A DNA stretch of 58,463 bases, filler included, from Sphacelaria rigidula (GCA_964200075.2; 6 parts of 6 records of this genome joined end to end with filler, not necessarily neighbours in it), one strand, 5' to 3'. Positions 16,400-29,445 are shown, counted from the whole stretch's first letter. The notes: generated by a model from the sequence alone, not told the origin. Made by a program: numbers and translations.

Positions 16400-19025
16400 G
16401 CAAAGATCGGTCGGGTAAGGTACTAGTAGTGCTGGTATTCGGAGTACGTAGCGACATGACGATAGTAGAAGTCAAAATGAAATGCGATGAAGTTGGGTCA
16501 TGATGTTTGGCAACAGGAGAAGTAGAAAGGGAGGGAGAACACTTCCGAGTCACCGTAAAACGGAGCGCGAGCAAGGAGTGGGAAAGAATAGGAACAAATA
16601 AGGTATCTGCATGGGTTAGAACAGTAGGATGGAGAGTATGCATTGCTAACGAGATGACGAACGTTAGACGTTGTGCACGGGCAAATGGAGGGAACGAGAG
16701 GCAGGAACAGGTGAATGCCCGTAAGGGGAAGTAGAGGGAACACAGCGCCCCGAAGCGAATAAACAAGATCCGAATCGACAAGGGGTAGATCAATCGAGCG
16801 AGGGGAAGTAGAAGTAAGAGACACGGGAACAGGAAGGGAGACAACAAGAGAGCAGATAACGACTCGAAAAGGAAGTTGAGAATAGGATCGTGGAACGAGT
16901 ATGGATTCGCCATAGACGAGCGCAAGCGAGGAGAGATGGTGAAACAAGTAATGATCACGACCTAGATATAGTATAAATTAAAGAGTTATGGAACAGTGGG
17001 TAGGACTAGGATGCAAACTTGAAGAGTACGCATGGATACGGAAAAGGCGGAAGGGACAGAAGGACAAAAGCAGGGGAGCGGGGGGAGTAGGGTTTTTAGT
17101 CAAGAAATACCTGTGACACTGTAAAAGTGATCAGTGGCACGAAATTCGACGAGAGCATATGGATATGGGTACCAGGAGAGCGGGGAACGCAGGACTGTTC
17201 CGCAGGGTTCATCCAAAAGCCCCCAGAATCGAAAAATAGGGTGAACACGATATCCAGCGTAGGTTTGGAGAGATCGCAGCAGATGCACATGGGTATAAAA
17301 GACATGGAGAAGTGATGTTAGAGGGAGATTTCAATGCAAGGGTAGGAAGAGGAGGCCAACCGGATGATACCATTGAGCAATACGGGGAAGGTATGAAGAA
17401 CACGGATGGGGCCAAAATGCTCAATGTGACGAGATGAAAACGCTGAACGGTAAAGTACTAAAGACAGAGGCGCATTGGACATAGACGAGGCAATACAAAC
17501 GAGAGAGAGGATGCTCCATTCTTGACTATATAGTGGTGGAGCATGGAAATAGTGAAGGAATGAAAGTAAATATATGCGCGGAGGACGTGGGAACCACAGG
17601 TCATTGCCTAATATGGACAGAAAGCGAACAGGCGAGAGCGAAAATAAATAAGCGGGGTAAGAATTTGTACAAATGGAGAATAATCAATAAACTAGATTTG
17701 GAAGACAAACGGCAAGAGTTCCAGGGAAATATGGCCAAAAATGCAGTTAAATTATCCGAGCTGTTGGATCGCGTAGGTACACTTGATACCGAAATTAGAA
17801 GAAATCGGGCAAGAGCGGAGATTGTATAGGGATGGGAGCAGGTGGTCATGAAAACAGCGAGTGAAGTCATCAGGAGAAAACTGATAGTATGCAACAGAGC
17901 AGTAAAATGATGGGATAAAGGAGTCAAAGAGGCTATCAGAGTAAGAAGAGAGGCCCACGCGAGGTGGATGTCGAGCAAAACTACCTTAGGATAGGAATAG
18001 TATACCACAGCTCGAAAGGAAGGGAAAAAATGGTACAAAACAAAAATAAGGAAGTATGGGAAGGTATAGTCGAGAAAACAAATGGAAGATTTCGATGACG
18101 GGATGAAACAAATGTGGGCAGGGATAAAAGTGATTGCGAGAATACAGGTAGGAAAAATTGACAACGGGATAGCCACACTCCGGCACAAAACGGTGAAATG
18201 GTCAGCAGAAAAAGGGGAAATAGAGGTGCTAGTCGAGCACTACCGTAAACGCGAAGTTTGACACGGAACGCGAAGAAATCATCGAGTGGGCAGGAGGAGA
18301 AGTAGGGACGTCGAAACGGGAGGATAGTGGCTCGAAGAAATTGCGGAGAGAATTTGCAATGGATTGAGTACAGGAGTGCGTGACTAAACTCAGGAACAAT
18401 GAGGTAGCAGGGGCAGATGGAATGGTGAATGAATTCATGAAGCATGGGGGCGGAGAAATGATCACCAAAATGGTTATGCTGTATAACTGGACGTGGGAAA
18501 CCGAGTACACAACCAAGAGGTAAAGAGAAGGAGTAGTCGTCAATCTATCAGAAAAGAGGAGACAAGGCTGACCCAGGGAACTGTGGAGGGATATTGCTAC
18601 TAAGCACGTTGGGGAAAACGGCCTGTAACATGCTGGATGAAGGAGTGGAACGATGCTAGTAAAGGGCGAGAAAGTCAGGGGGACAAGCAAGTTTCAGACC
18701 AAACCGTAGCTGCTTAGGTCATGTATACACACTAGGTGAGATTATCCAAGGCAGGAAAGACGCCGGATCGACAACGTACTGTTTCTTTCTGGACGTGCAA
18801 AAGGCTCCAGACACACAGTATGGACAAATGGGCTGTGGAAAAAGTTGTGGGAAGCTGGGATCGGAGGAAAGATGTGGAGAATGCCAAAGATGACAGAATG
18901 TGCCTAGATTGCCATGATACTAGACAGAGAAATATCTATATATTTTGATATTTTACAAGGAGTTGTGGAAGGATGTACGTAAACATCTACTTTGTTCAAG
19001 GTATACATCAATGACTGGATGATAC
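16400..19025 (+). mobile_element. Degenerate non-LTR retrotransposon (LINE) with APE endonuclease and reverse transcriptase
   Basis: Frameshifted motifs: GAGGVGFLVK (~17080), VMLEGDFNARVG (~17315), KLRNNEVAGADGMVNEFMK (~18385), FRPNRSC (~18695), FLDVQKAPDTV (~18790), GVVEGC..STLFKVYIND (~18960). Many stops. Confidence 0.85.
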
Positions 19026-20352
19026 AGCAGTCGGCGTCGGAAGTATGCAGAATTAGTAATTTTTTAGTTTCTCAAAATATTTCCAAATTTGTTTCGCTTG
19101 ATACCAAAAATAGGCATCTGAAGATATTTTCATGGGCAAACGTCACAGTAGGGTATGCCATGGTGCATTAGCTACAAACCTGGGTACCCTCTTTCTTTGG
19201 AGGAGAAATAAGAGCAGCTGATTGGCCAACGACCATTTTCACCCGGCGGCGGCGGTAGACGACCACGGTATACTCTGCTGTGACTACTTTTCTCTCAATT
19301 CTACCCTTGTTTCTGGAAATTGTACCCACATGTGACGGGGAATCAGTCTCTTCCATCGGCCATCTTCGACGCAACGATCGCTTCCCGCCCCCAGCAAAGG
19401 GCCCCGACATACAGATCTCACCNNNNNNNNNNNNNNNNNNNNNNNNNNNNNNNNNNNNNNNNNNNNTTAATTAATTAANNNNNNNNNNNNNNNNNNNNNN
19501 NNNNNNNNNNNNNNNNNNNNNNCTCTTCCCTATTTTGTCGGACTTCGAGGTCATTGAAAGCACTTAGACCGAAGTTATGAAAGACCTAACCCCACCCCCC
19601 CCCCCCCCCCCCCCCCCAAATAAACAAACAAACTAGGCCAAAACCAGCCCGAGAACGTTCACCAAGGGAATGGCCATATAGCACACACAAGCTGGTTTCA
19701 GACTTCATGAAGCCCCCCAAACGGGCGACATTGGCGAAAACGATCCCGAACGTGGGAATTCCCAGCTGCTCGGTGTGCTCGGCTGGCTTCTGACAATTCA
19801 ATTCGCATTTGGATTTTGCTTCCTCGGAACCAGCCATCTCACTGGGGAGCCTCTATCGCGGCATCTTTCAAGTGTTTTCCAAACCCCGACCGAGCACCGT
19901 CATAGAAAAGGGCAAGGGCTTGGTGGGGTGAAATCATGATATCAAAAGATAAACAGACGAGGCGATGCTTCACGTCCACTGACAAAGACATCAGAAAGTT
20001 CATGAGCGACCGAAAATAGGTATTATAATCGAAGAGGACTCTGAGATCCCTTGTCCAAGAGCACAAAACACGTGACAGCGGCGTTCCGAGAAGTCAAAGC
20101 ACTACCTTTTGCGCTACTCCGCGTGCTCTACATCCAGCGCTGTAGGGGCCACAAGCGGAAAAACCGGACAGATGAATGAGCTTGCTCATGATCCAGTACA
20201 CTAGCAAGGGGCCACATTCGGGTAGCTCATGATAACCAGCGATGTACTCGGTGAGTACTCATATTGTCATGCCCGTGAATGGAGGCCCTAGCGACCAGAT
20301 ATCCGGGGGCAAAGCGCGATCAAAAGAAACGCGGAGGAATAATCACGAATAA

Positions 20353-23300
20353 TCAAGACGTCATACACTGGTCGGACCTGCGCCGAACCTCTGCCGAACA
20401 GAGCGCACGCTCCATCCCAAGCCACCTAGCTCTAGTACGCGACAACTCCTACTTTTTTTATCGCGTCTTACTCGAGACACGAAGCAAACCGGCCTGTGGC
20501 ACTTCACAGCCCTACCGCACACACACTACACCTAGTCAGTGTGGCGGCGGAGCTGCTCAAGTCGCCACAGCGGATCCGGAAAGCCCCACAGCCTTGAAGC
20601 AAACGCGCTTCTAAGTACAGTTGGTGTTTGGCGCAGCGGTTTTTACGAAGTGCTGCGGCCTCTGCGGCACGCGTTACGGAAACCCCTGGCCACACCGACA
20701 AGTTCTGGTGTGTGCGAAGCGCACGCATCAACACCGCAGTCCAATCCTCTGCTTCATTGCCGAGAACACTGCGTTGGAAGATAGGCACGACAACGTACTG
20801 CAACAAGAGGAGCTCAACAACAACAACACGAGCAGCAGTTTATGCCCCCCTGTTGTTGTAACCCTATGCACAGGTGTACAGCAACGTCATATCACAGATT
20901 TGTTGCAGAATGTACTATTATTGATAGTAATAGTACATTTTGAAATGGGCGACGTCATCACCTCAAGTGACGCTTGCACTTGTGGTTGATACCGATTGGC
21001 TCATTTAGGTTTCACTTCTTCTGCGTTCATCTGACGGTGTCGCTGGTCGGTCCATTTTCGTGATATAGTGTACCCAAAATCTCGGGGCACACCAACTGTA
21101 ACGAGTCACAGCTCACTAACGTTTCAACAGGAGAACGACACACGGCACACACGATTTTGTGCACTCTGCACTTCTCGGAGCTTGTATGGAACTTGTAAAA
21201 AAAAAAAAAAGGCATCCACCGCGAGCACAAAAGCAATATCCATGCAAAACAAACCGCGGCGCGAGGTAGTCGGTGAGGTGGCCCACGCTGAGGGATAACA
21301 GACCGGAAATGGTTCGGAACGACGACCAAAAGCAGCGTATTACGCCTTGGCTTTGCATACATGTGTACAGCGATGATATGAAATCGCTGTGTTTTTTTTC
21401 CAGTTGCTCTCCCGCATACAAGTCTTCAGCAGACTTTGATGCACATCGATCGCATCACATACTCGCAGTCACAACAGTTTTCCACCGACAATAAAAAATC
21501 GGAGCAAAGTTCGACCTCGTCGCCCAGTGGAGTTTACCGGTGTTGGGCTACCGATGTTCATGGTTGATATTACTTGATTTGAGCAAGTACAACGAGAGTA
21601 ACAGCCTCTCGTCGCCGCTCCGTTTCGTGCCGCTGCAACGCGCAACCCCAGATTCAGCGATACGCACCGGTTGCCTGTGCTTCACGTGACACGTGGCAAA
21701 AATTCAGCGCCGACTGCGCACGTATGGCCCCGACCCGTACCTCCCGAACTGAGCACCTCTTGTTTCGGTTGGAATTTTTAGTTTCGGGGACATTTGGGCC
21801 AGTTTTTGATCCCCGAGGAGGTGACATCACCATCGCATGTCTTGGAACGCTAAGACATTGCATCACCCCACCGAGAGGAGTCTAGTCCACTTTTCTGATT
21901 CGCTTGGCACCGAGGTTTTCAAGAATGGCCAGCATAAATCCAACTGCACATGAAAAAAAAACGTGAGCACTTCGTGCACTGCGAATATTGCAATATCATT
22001 ACAGAAACTGGCGGACACTGTACGTTTTCATGTCTACTTGGCCTGTAGCTTGGCCTATAGCTCAGAGATCATGCTCGAATTCTCGGAGCCAACCAAGCGA
22101 ATCACAAGAGTGGGCTAGGCTTCTCTCGGTGGGGTGATGCAAAAGGTCCCAAGATATGCGATGATGCGAGAAAAGAATAGAGACCCCATGGCCTCACCCC
22201 CCCCCCCCCCCCCCGACCCCACAATACAGCGCACACCACTCCTCTCTCAGCTCACCTGGCAGAGTGCATCAAGCATACCCTCGACCTCCGTCGCCGCATC
22301 TTGGCCCTAACAAGATTCGGCGGCGGCGGGGGCATGAGCATCCTCGCGCTGTCAAGCGTAACCCCCGGTCTCGTTGGCGGCACCAGCCTCCCCGCCCCGC
22401 CGTCGCCGTCGCCACCCCTCCTCCTCCTCTCCTTCCAGGGTCTCAACCCAACTCGCGGAGGGTTCCGCGCCGCTCGCAACTTCAGCGCAGCAGCAATTTC
22501 GGAGTCGTTCGCTGCGTAGGTTGTCGTGTCTACACTTCTTTCCCGTCTTGATTGTTGTTGTTGTTGCTGCTGCTGCTGCTGCACGTTAAGGTCGATCAGC
22601 TTGGGTGGGGATGATGGTGCTACTTGGACAGCTGACGCGGACATGATCACCACGGCAGCAGCCGCCGCAGCAGCCGCTGCCGCCGTTGCCTCCCGCGTTT
22701 CAACTCTAGGCCCCAGCTGCTGGTCCACCACCATCGATACATCCGGCGCCGCATCATCATTATGCCCGGCATCTTCCAATGTGACCGTCACCGGTTCTTC
22801 CCCGACAAAAATGCCTCGGTATATATTCGTCGGTCCCACGCTCTCCTCACCTCCGTTATCTCCTTCATCTTCATGGACACCGCCAGTTGTGCCATAACCA
22901 TCATCAATGACATCATCATCATCATCATCATCATCGGAGTTCAGATCCCACACAGACGCCGCTCGTCCTTTCGAACGACCGCCATCATCTATTGCTGTCC
23001 CACTGAGCATCGCCCCTGCGGCCCCGCGGGACAACACACTACTACTGGCACGCCAAGAACCGCGGCCAACGAACTCACCGGTGCCGCCGCCGCACCTTTC
23101 CTTCTCTTCACAACTCGTCCGTGACAAAAAATCGGAAGAGTCAGAAGACGCGGTAGAATAAGCGCCAACCGGCGACGACGGCAGCAATGAAGTTTCTACG
23201 ACAGTCTCCGGGGAAACAAGTATCGCGGAGTTTTCTTGCCCACATTGTTCTTCAGCGCCTGCGGCCGGTTCCTCGTCTCTTCCGTCAGGTGGTGCAGCTA

Positions 23301-23466
23301 CAAGTGCTTTTAGCGTTTGTTCGGACGGGGATACTGTGGACATTTGCTGTGGTCGTAGAATCGGGAACGACGAAGGACCTCCATAGTTTCCTCCGCTCTC
23401 GATACCTCTCGGAAACGACGCAGCTTCCTCTTCCATCATGACTGCGTTGGAGTTATCTGCCGAAAC
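20353..23466 (-). CDS. Partial multi-exon gene, unknown protein with long low-complexity region; exons 23466-22256, 20768-20532 and probable last exon 20425-20353
   Basis: A 1,211-nt GC-rich open exon (poly-D, -A, -Q) bounded by tcaag|GTT and AG|gtgag. It joins in phase 2 to ...SVLGNEAEDWTAVLMRALRTHQNL...LLQGCGAFRIRCGDLSSSAATLTR, then plausibly WLGMERALCSAEVRRRSDQCMTS*. No recognised domain. Confidence 0.65.
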
Positions 23467-23924
23467 CTTGAGCACAAGAGAAAAGACAGGACGGTCAATG
23501 AGAGGGGTTGGTACCAACTACAGGAATTTCACTTACACGCGGCAGCAGCGGGAGGATAAATACAGCGCACGAGCAGGCCAGGCAAAAGGCCATGTAACAG
23601 ACGTCTTGACGCAGGTTTTCAAATCAGCGACACACCACGCACACGAGGCCTCACAGACGGCACACTCCACGATGTAGCGGATCATCTACAGCCCAGACCA
23701 AAAATTGAGGGACCCCGAATAAAAATAACGAAATGGTTTTCGTAGTTTTGGGTGGTCCACGTCTTGTACCGGGTGGTGAGCGAACATCTCTCGTCGCAGG
23801 CTTGGACTGTGATAGCCTGTCTTTCAATCCTGTGCTTTCTTGGACATCAAACCGCCCAGTGGTGAGGGAGAAGAAAGCACACCATGAACGACGTAATACA
23901 TTTTAGTCTGTATATTTTTCTTTC

Positions 23925-24170
23925 CGGTACACGCCTTCCACTATTTGGTCTTGAGGATTGGATCAGCACTCCCGCGTCGACGCTCGTGAAACAATTTCAG
24001 TCAAACTCTTATTTTTCTCTTCATTTTCTTGTCTACTAGCATTCTCACCCTTTGTAACGGCGGAAATCAGACGATTCGGGGGGGAAAAACATACACATAC
24101 GGCGGGGGTCGAACCCACGTTCTCCACCCTAATGGGAGTCAGCGGGACGCTTATATCACCGGGGGTGCGG
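23925..24170 (-). mobile_element. SINE family B copy
   Basis: Head (rc) CCCCGGTGATATAAGCG...CATTAGGGTGGAGAACGTGGGTTCGACCCC. Body homologous to 46045-46200. Confidence 0.6.
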
Positions 24171-24184
24171 CGGCTACGGTTGCG

Positions 24185-24690
24185 TGTGTGTGTGCGTGCG
24201 TGTGTGTTTGTGTTGCCATTCATCTATTCTGGACGCCAGTCTTCACTTTTCGGTATATGTGGGTGATTCAACCGGGGTCACACAGAAGGAAGGCCAACAA
24301 CGCAGGAGTTTTTCTTCTTCATTTGTTTTCAGCTGTCCACCTTCCTTTTGCGGTGCTTGCCTTTTTTCTTTCATCGCAAGAGGGTTTCAGCGATCCTTTC
24401 CCCCCCGTCGATTTTCAAGTCGAATTTTTGTGTACCCATGACATAGTCGCTCTCCGCTGTGGGGCATGATGTGAGAATAGGCTTTTACTTACTATGCTGG
24501 CACGGTTTATGAAGAATTCGTTCATGTTGAAAATAATGTTGGGTCGCTATTTTGTAAAACCGTGCTAGCATAATAAGTAAAAGCCTATATAAGAAAAAAT
24601 CTCGGATCGTGAGACTGCACCAATATTCGGACCCGAGACCCAACTATCAGAAGGATTGGAGAGGTTACGAACTGAGCCACCTGGGCGACC
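24185..24690 (-). mobile_element. SINE family A copy interrupted by a MITE
   Basis: Same tail, body and head, with an insertion at 24480-24585. Confidence 0.8.
24480..24585. mobile_element. MITE with ~30-bp TIRs and TA target duplication (Tc1/mariner-like)
   Basis: TA|GGCTTTTACTTACTATGCTGGCACGGTT ... AACCGTGCTAGCATAATAAGTAAAAGCC|TA. Confidence 0.85.
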
Positions 24691-27214
24691 AACTTATAAT
24701 AGTTTGTGTACCTTTGGACATGAACGTTTTTTTCTGTTCTTCTTTTGTTTCCGTTTTTTTATCACGAGCTGGAGTGTTGGAATTGGCAACGTCATACGAG
24801 ATGATCTCGTTATGTTGTTGTTGTTGTTGTTGCTGTTGGTTGTTGTTGTTAATTTTGCTGTTTTTGTTGTTGCTTCTGTCTTTTTCTATTTATTATTATT
24901 ATTTATTTATTTTATTCTGCTATTTTTTTCTGCTCCTGACCACGGGCTGGATTGTTGCATTCAGCAAAGTGGGACGTTTTCTGCACCTCTCTCCGGCACA
25001 CGCCTTGCATTTCGGTCTCGCTGAAAATGGGTCAGCACCCCCGCACCACGTCAACTCTGCTCAAAACAAACATTGCGAGTCTTCCCTGTCTGCGGTACTC
25101 CACCGTCCTGACTACTGTACGGTTCCAGAGCACGTCATGTACGGTACATGCAGATGCACAGGTAATATCACACAAGGACTGAGGGGACAAGTCGCCCCAG
25201 AATAAAGGTGACGAAGACCAGGAATAATTCGTTGCAAGATGTCAACAAAAAAAAAAAAGAGGTGTCCGTGGATCCTCATCGCTACGGGTTAATTGAACGA
25301 ACAAACTGTTCGTCCGTAAATTACTTGACTTTCAAAGCTCGGAAATGGTTTGTCCAACGATCAATCACTTGAATGGTAAATAATGATTTGGTCATCGAGC
25401 GGCGTAGCCGCCAGCCGAAAAGCCCGGCCCCGCCGGAGGTGCCGTGCCGGAGATGCGTTTCGACGCGATTTGACTGCACGACCGCTAAAAAATACGTTAA
25501 ACTCGGGGGCAATTTTCAAGGGCCGTATGTAGCATACGTAGCCGATAAGGGCTTATAAAGCCGGTAACGGTAAATAATGGTTAGAAACAGCTATCTGAAT
25601 TTTTCGTTTAACCATTACCACCATCACTATTATAATAATATAATAATAATGGCCAGTTACAACTTGTACCATTGCCGAGCTCTATTGATTTTGGTGTAAT
25701 AATTCGTATCGCACGAATCAATCCTTGGGCTTCGTTTTCAGCATTGCACTCCAGCTGCGTCCACTCCACGCACATGGGATGGCGCAAAAAACTGCGTGAG
25801 ATGTTGTCGACCCACGATCAATCTCCTTCTCTCTTTCGAGCAATCAGACCTAAAAAATCGTGCATTTGGTGATGAGAATCGGCGATGATTTGTCTGACCC
25901 TTGCTCATTTACCCCGATATGGGCGGATAAAATATCCTCGGGGTCAGAACGTCTAAACCGTAAATGAGACCTGCCGTGATGCCCAAACAGAATTAATCCG
26001 CGTCTGCATACAACGGTACGGACCCAGAAGCCTGTCATTGCTCTCCACTGCATTCAGTATACCCACACTGCTTCCATCTGTATGCTAGTGTCGTGAGGGC
26101 ACCCATGCTAGCACACGAGGGGGGGCGCAGGTCGCGAAGGCGGTCCAAAAAACACAACGAGCTCCCCTACTTTCGTGTGCTTGTGAAGCATAGTAGTGTG
26201 CTGGTCAAATATACCTTGACCGCGGGCCAAGATAAGTAGGCCATCTCTAGGGCAACACAGCAGTGGACCATGCTTTTGTCTTCAGATTTAAAACCCTTCC
26301 GATATGTGCGAAGTACTCCGAACTGGGCATGTGATGCGGACGCCTCCCATGTTCACGGACTGACTACCCCAAATAAGCTAATTGATAACAAGAGCCGAAA
26401 TGAAAAAAGATCCAGAAAAAAGCACACAAGCGCGATAGAAAATACAAAAAATACTGCTGACCTCTCACGAGTTTAGGTGCCGCAGGTGACCATTCGGGCT
26501 ACTGGAGACAGAGCTCACTATTTCCACTCGGCATGTGAAACCAAACAGAAATGTAACCAAACTCAGGAACTAAAGATCAACCATGGCAATAAGAACCGCA
26601 TAGTTCTATCCTTGCACCTCCAGAGGAGTCATGTTTACGAACCACAGAACAACACACGATCTTCAGGGAGAGGTACATTGAAAGGGGAGGGGGGGGGGCG
26701 TACTCATTTGTTGCTTGCCTTAGTCGTTTGACCATTGACCACGCATCCCTTTCGAGACGGAGCATTGAAAGGGGGGGGTGGGGGGGGGGGGGTACTCATT
26801 TGTTGTTTGCCTTCGTCGCTCGACAAGTGGAAGGCAGGAATTAGTAAGAAAAAAGGAGACATGGGCAAAAGTAGTGATTGCTGCCACCTCCACCGTGCTC
26901 AGGGAGGTCAGGTCACCATTTGGTAGGGTCAACAACTTCCTCTCAAACCTATGATTTCGGATAACCCTAGCCCTAACCCCGACCTTCACTCCGAGTAAGG
27001 CACACCGGAAAGCCTCGGGCAAGGGGGGTGCAAAGTGTTCCCTAGGCAGAGTGTGAGTTGCCAGACCTCAAATCAGCGCCGATTCAGACAAAAATGCGTT
27101 GTGCGCACGCTAGAAGCACAGCCTCCATTTCAGATCCGGACTTCGGTGTCTCCACGAAAAACCAAGTGAACCAGCTTCATCCCGCCAAGTAGCAAACTCT
27201 ACGGTGTTAGGGAC

Positions 27215-27574
27215 TGTGTGTGTGTGTGTGTTGTTATCCCATCTCTTCTGGACGCCAGTCTACACCTTTGCTATAGGTGGGCGCACCAGCCGGGGTTACA
27301 GAAGGAAGGCCAACGCGGAAATTTTCTTCATCTTTGTACAACTTCTTCACCTTCCTTGTGCGGTGCTTGCCTTTATTTTTTTGTCGCGAGAGGGGTTCAG
27401 CGGTCCCTTTCCCCCTGTCTACCGTGGAGTCGAATTTTGTGTACCTGCGGCATAATCGCTCTCCACTGTTAGGCGTCGTGTGAGGAAAAATCTCAGACTG
27501 AACCGATATTCAAACCCACGACCCAACCGACAGAAGGAGCCGAGGTCACCAACTGAGCCACCGGTGCGACCGGA
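27215..27574 (-). mobile_element. SINE family A copy
   Basis: (TG)n tail, shared body, head ...ATTCAAACCCACG...CAACTGAGCCACCGGTGCGACCG. Confidence 0.8.
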
Positions 27575-27954
27575 CCATGCGATCAATCAAATCCGTTCAA
27601 AACAGTGGTCAACATTTCCCCCTTTAGCGCCTATCGCTCGGCCCACGTATCAACATATCTCTCGGAAATACGCATGATAAATTTGGAGAGCTCTTCGGTG
27701 GAGCTAGGAACCGACCCCCCCCCACCTCCCCTTCCCCCTCTCCCCGAAAAAACTGGGATTGTCAGCGGGGCGATACTCTTCCTAGCCAAACGTCAAGAAG
27801 GGTCAGTCAAGGTTTGGGACTCGGATTTATTTTGTTTGGCCGAAATTCGTACCCGTGTATAGGTGTGAGCAGCGCCGAGAACATTTTTTGTTAGTTCTTG
27901 GACGGTCTCGCAGTGGGCTTCACAAGAGAGGCGAGGTTATTCTTCCTCCAGTAC

Positions 27955-28271
27955 AGTTTCCCGGCGTTGGGCTACAAATGTCCATGGTTGATATTCACTT
28001 GCTTCTAATGTGTACGACGAGAATCGGAACTGGTTTTGGGGCTGACAGACCTCGGTGATCTTCGCGTGCGGAGAACGCATTTTCATTTGAATCGGCGCCA
28101 CACAGGCGCCGATTTGGGGTCTACCACGACCGCACTTCGCCTAGGGAGTACCATGTAGCACCCTTACCCGAGGGTTCTCGGTATGCGTTGGGGTGGGGGT
28201 TAGGGTTAGGGGTAGCGATACTTGTAAAATTGTGTCAACCATGGACATTTGTAGCCCAACGCTGGTAAACT
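27955..28271. mobile_element. TIR element (~37-bp TIR) with internal TTAGGG repeats and a hairpin
   Basis: AGTTTCCCGGCGTTGGGCTACAAATGTCCATGGTTGA ... TCAACCATGGACATTTGTAGCCCAACGCTGGTAAACT, with internal GGGTTAGGGTTAGGGG and AATCGGCGCC-ACACA-GGCGCCGATT. Confidence 0.8.
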
Positions 28272-29283
28272 TGCCTCCTATTCTTCGTGAGCTTTCCAAA
28301 ATCCCTGCAGAAGCTCAGAGTCGTCCGTGTCAATGGGTGGTGTCCGTCTCGAAAGGGATGCGTGGTCAATTTTCAAGCGACCAAGGCAAGAAGCAATTAA
28401 GATACGCTCCCCCCCAAAACAGCAACAACAACAACAACGAAAACTCGCCTTTTCAAGCCCGGGATAGTCAGCCGGGCGATACTGTTCCGAGGTGAAGCTC
28501 GCAGAGGGTAGCTACACCTTGATCGTTGGGTTTGTTTTTTCGACCGAATTGGGCACCCGTGTGTAGATGATGAGTAGCGCTGACAACAGTTATTGTTGGT
28601 CCTTGGGCGTTCTTGCAGTGGGCTTCACAAGAGAGGCGAGACAATCCTTCCTGAACGTTCCAAAATCCCTGGTAAAACTCATAGCCGTCCATGCCAATGA
28701 TTGGTCGTAAATACAAGTGTGTGTTTTCCCCGCGGTAGGTTGTGTGTGTGTAATATATACACACAGGCTTCATGGCAAGGAGTCTCACAAAGGCATGCTG
28801 CGTCGAGACCCCCTTCCCTTTACATACTGTAGGGGCCAAGGGTTCACTACGGAAGCGGCCAGAGGGAGGTAGGCGGCAGAGAAAACCGAGACGAAAATGT
28901 TTCGAGAGGGCACGGCATTCAAAACGGAGCATTGTCGAAATTTTTTGACATCACGTAATTATTGACCGCACTAGAAAGGAGCAGTTTTTATCGCATTGAA
29001 ATCAACGTGACTTTGATGCCACACTTTCGAGCCCATTTATTCGATCCTTTACTAAATTCAAGTGAATTTTGCGGGGCATATGATGTGGCAGAGGCCGGCC
29101 ATTTTTTACTCTCTATTAAATATATATATATATATGTATTCTCGCTCCCCCCCCCCCCCCCGCCTCTTTCTCCTCCCTTTTTTNNNNNNNNNNNNNNNNN
29201 NNNNNNNNNNNNNNNNNNNNNNNNNNNTTAATTAATTAANNNNNNNNNNNNNNNNNNNNNNNNNNNNNNNNNNNNNNNNNNNN

Positions 29284-29445
29284 ATCCACGCAATTTTTGC
29301 GCCATTCCACGTGCCTGGGCTGCGTGTACCTGGGTTGCAACGCTGAAAACAAAGCCTAGGGACTGATTCGTACGATTCGACTCAATTTCACGAAAACCAA
29401 GTAATTTCCAGATGAATCATTGATTTGTCCGACCCTTGGAATAAT
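29284..29445 (+). repeat. Dispersed repeat shared with 44910-45070
   Basis: Near-identical ATCCACGCAA.TTTTGCGCCATT.CACGTG.CTGGGCTGCGTGTACCTGGGTTGCAACGCTGAAAAC...TTTGTCCGACCCTTG. Confidence 0.8.
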
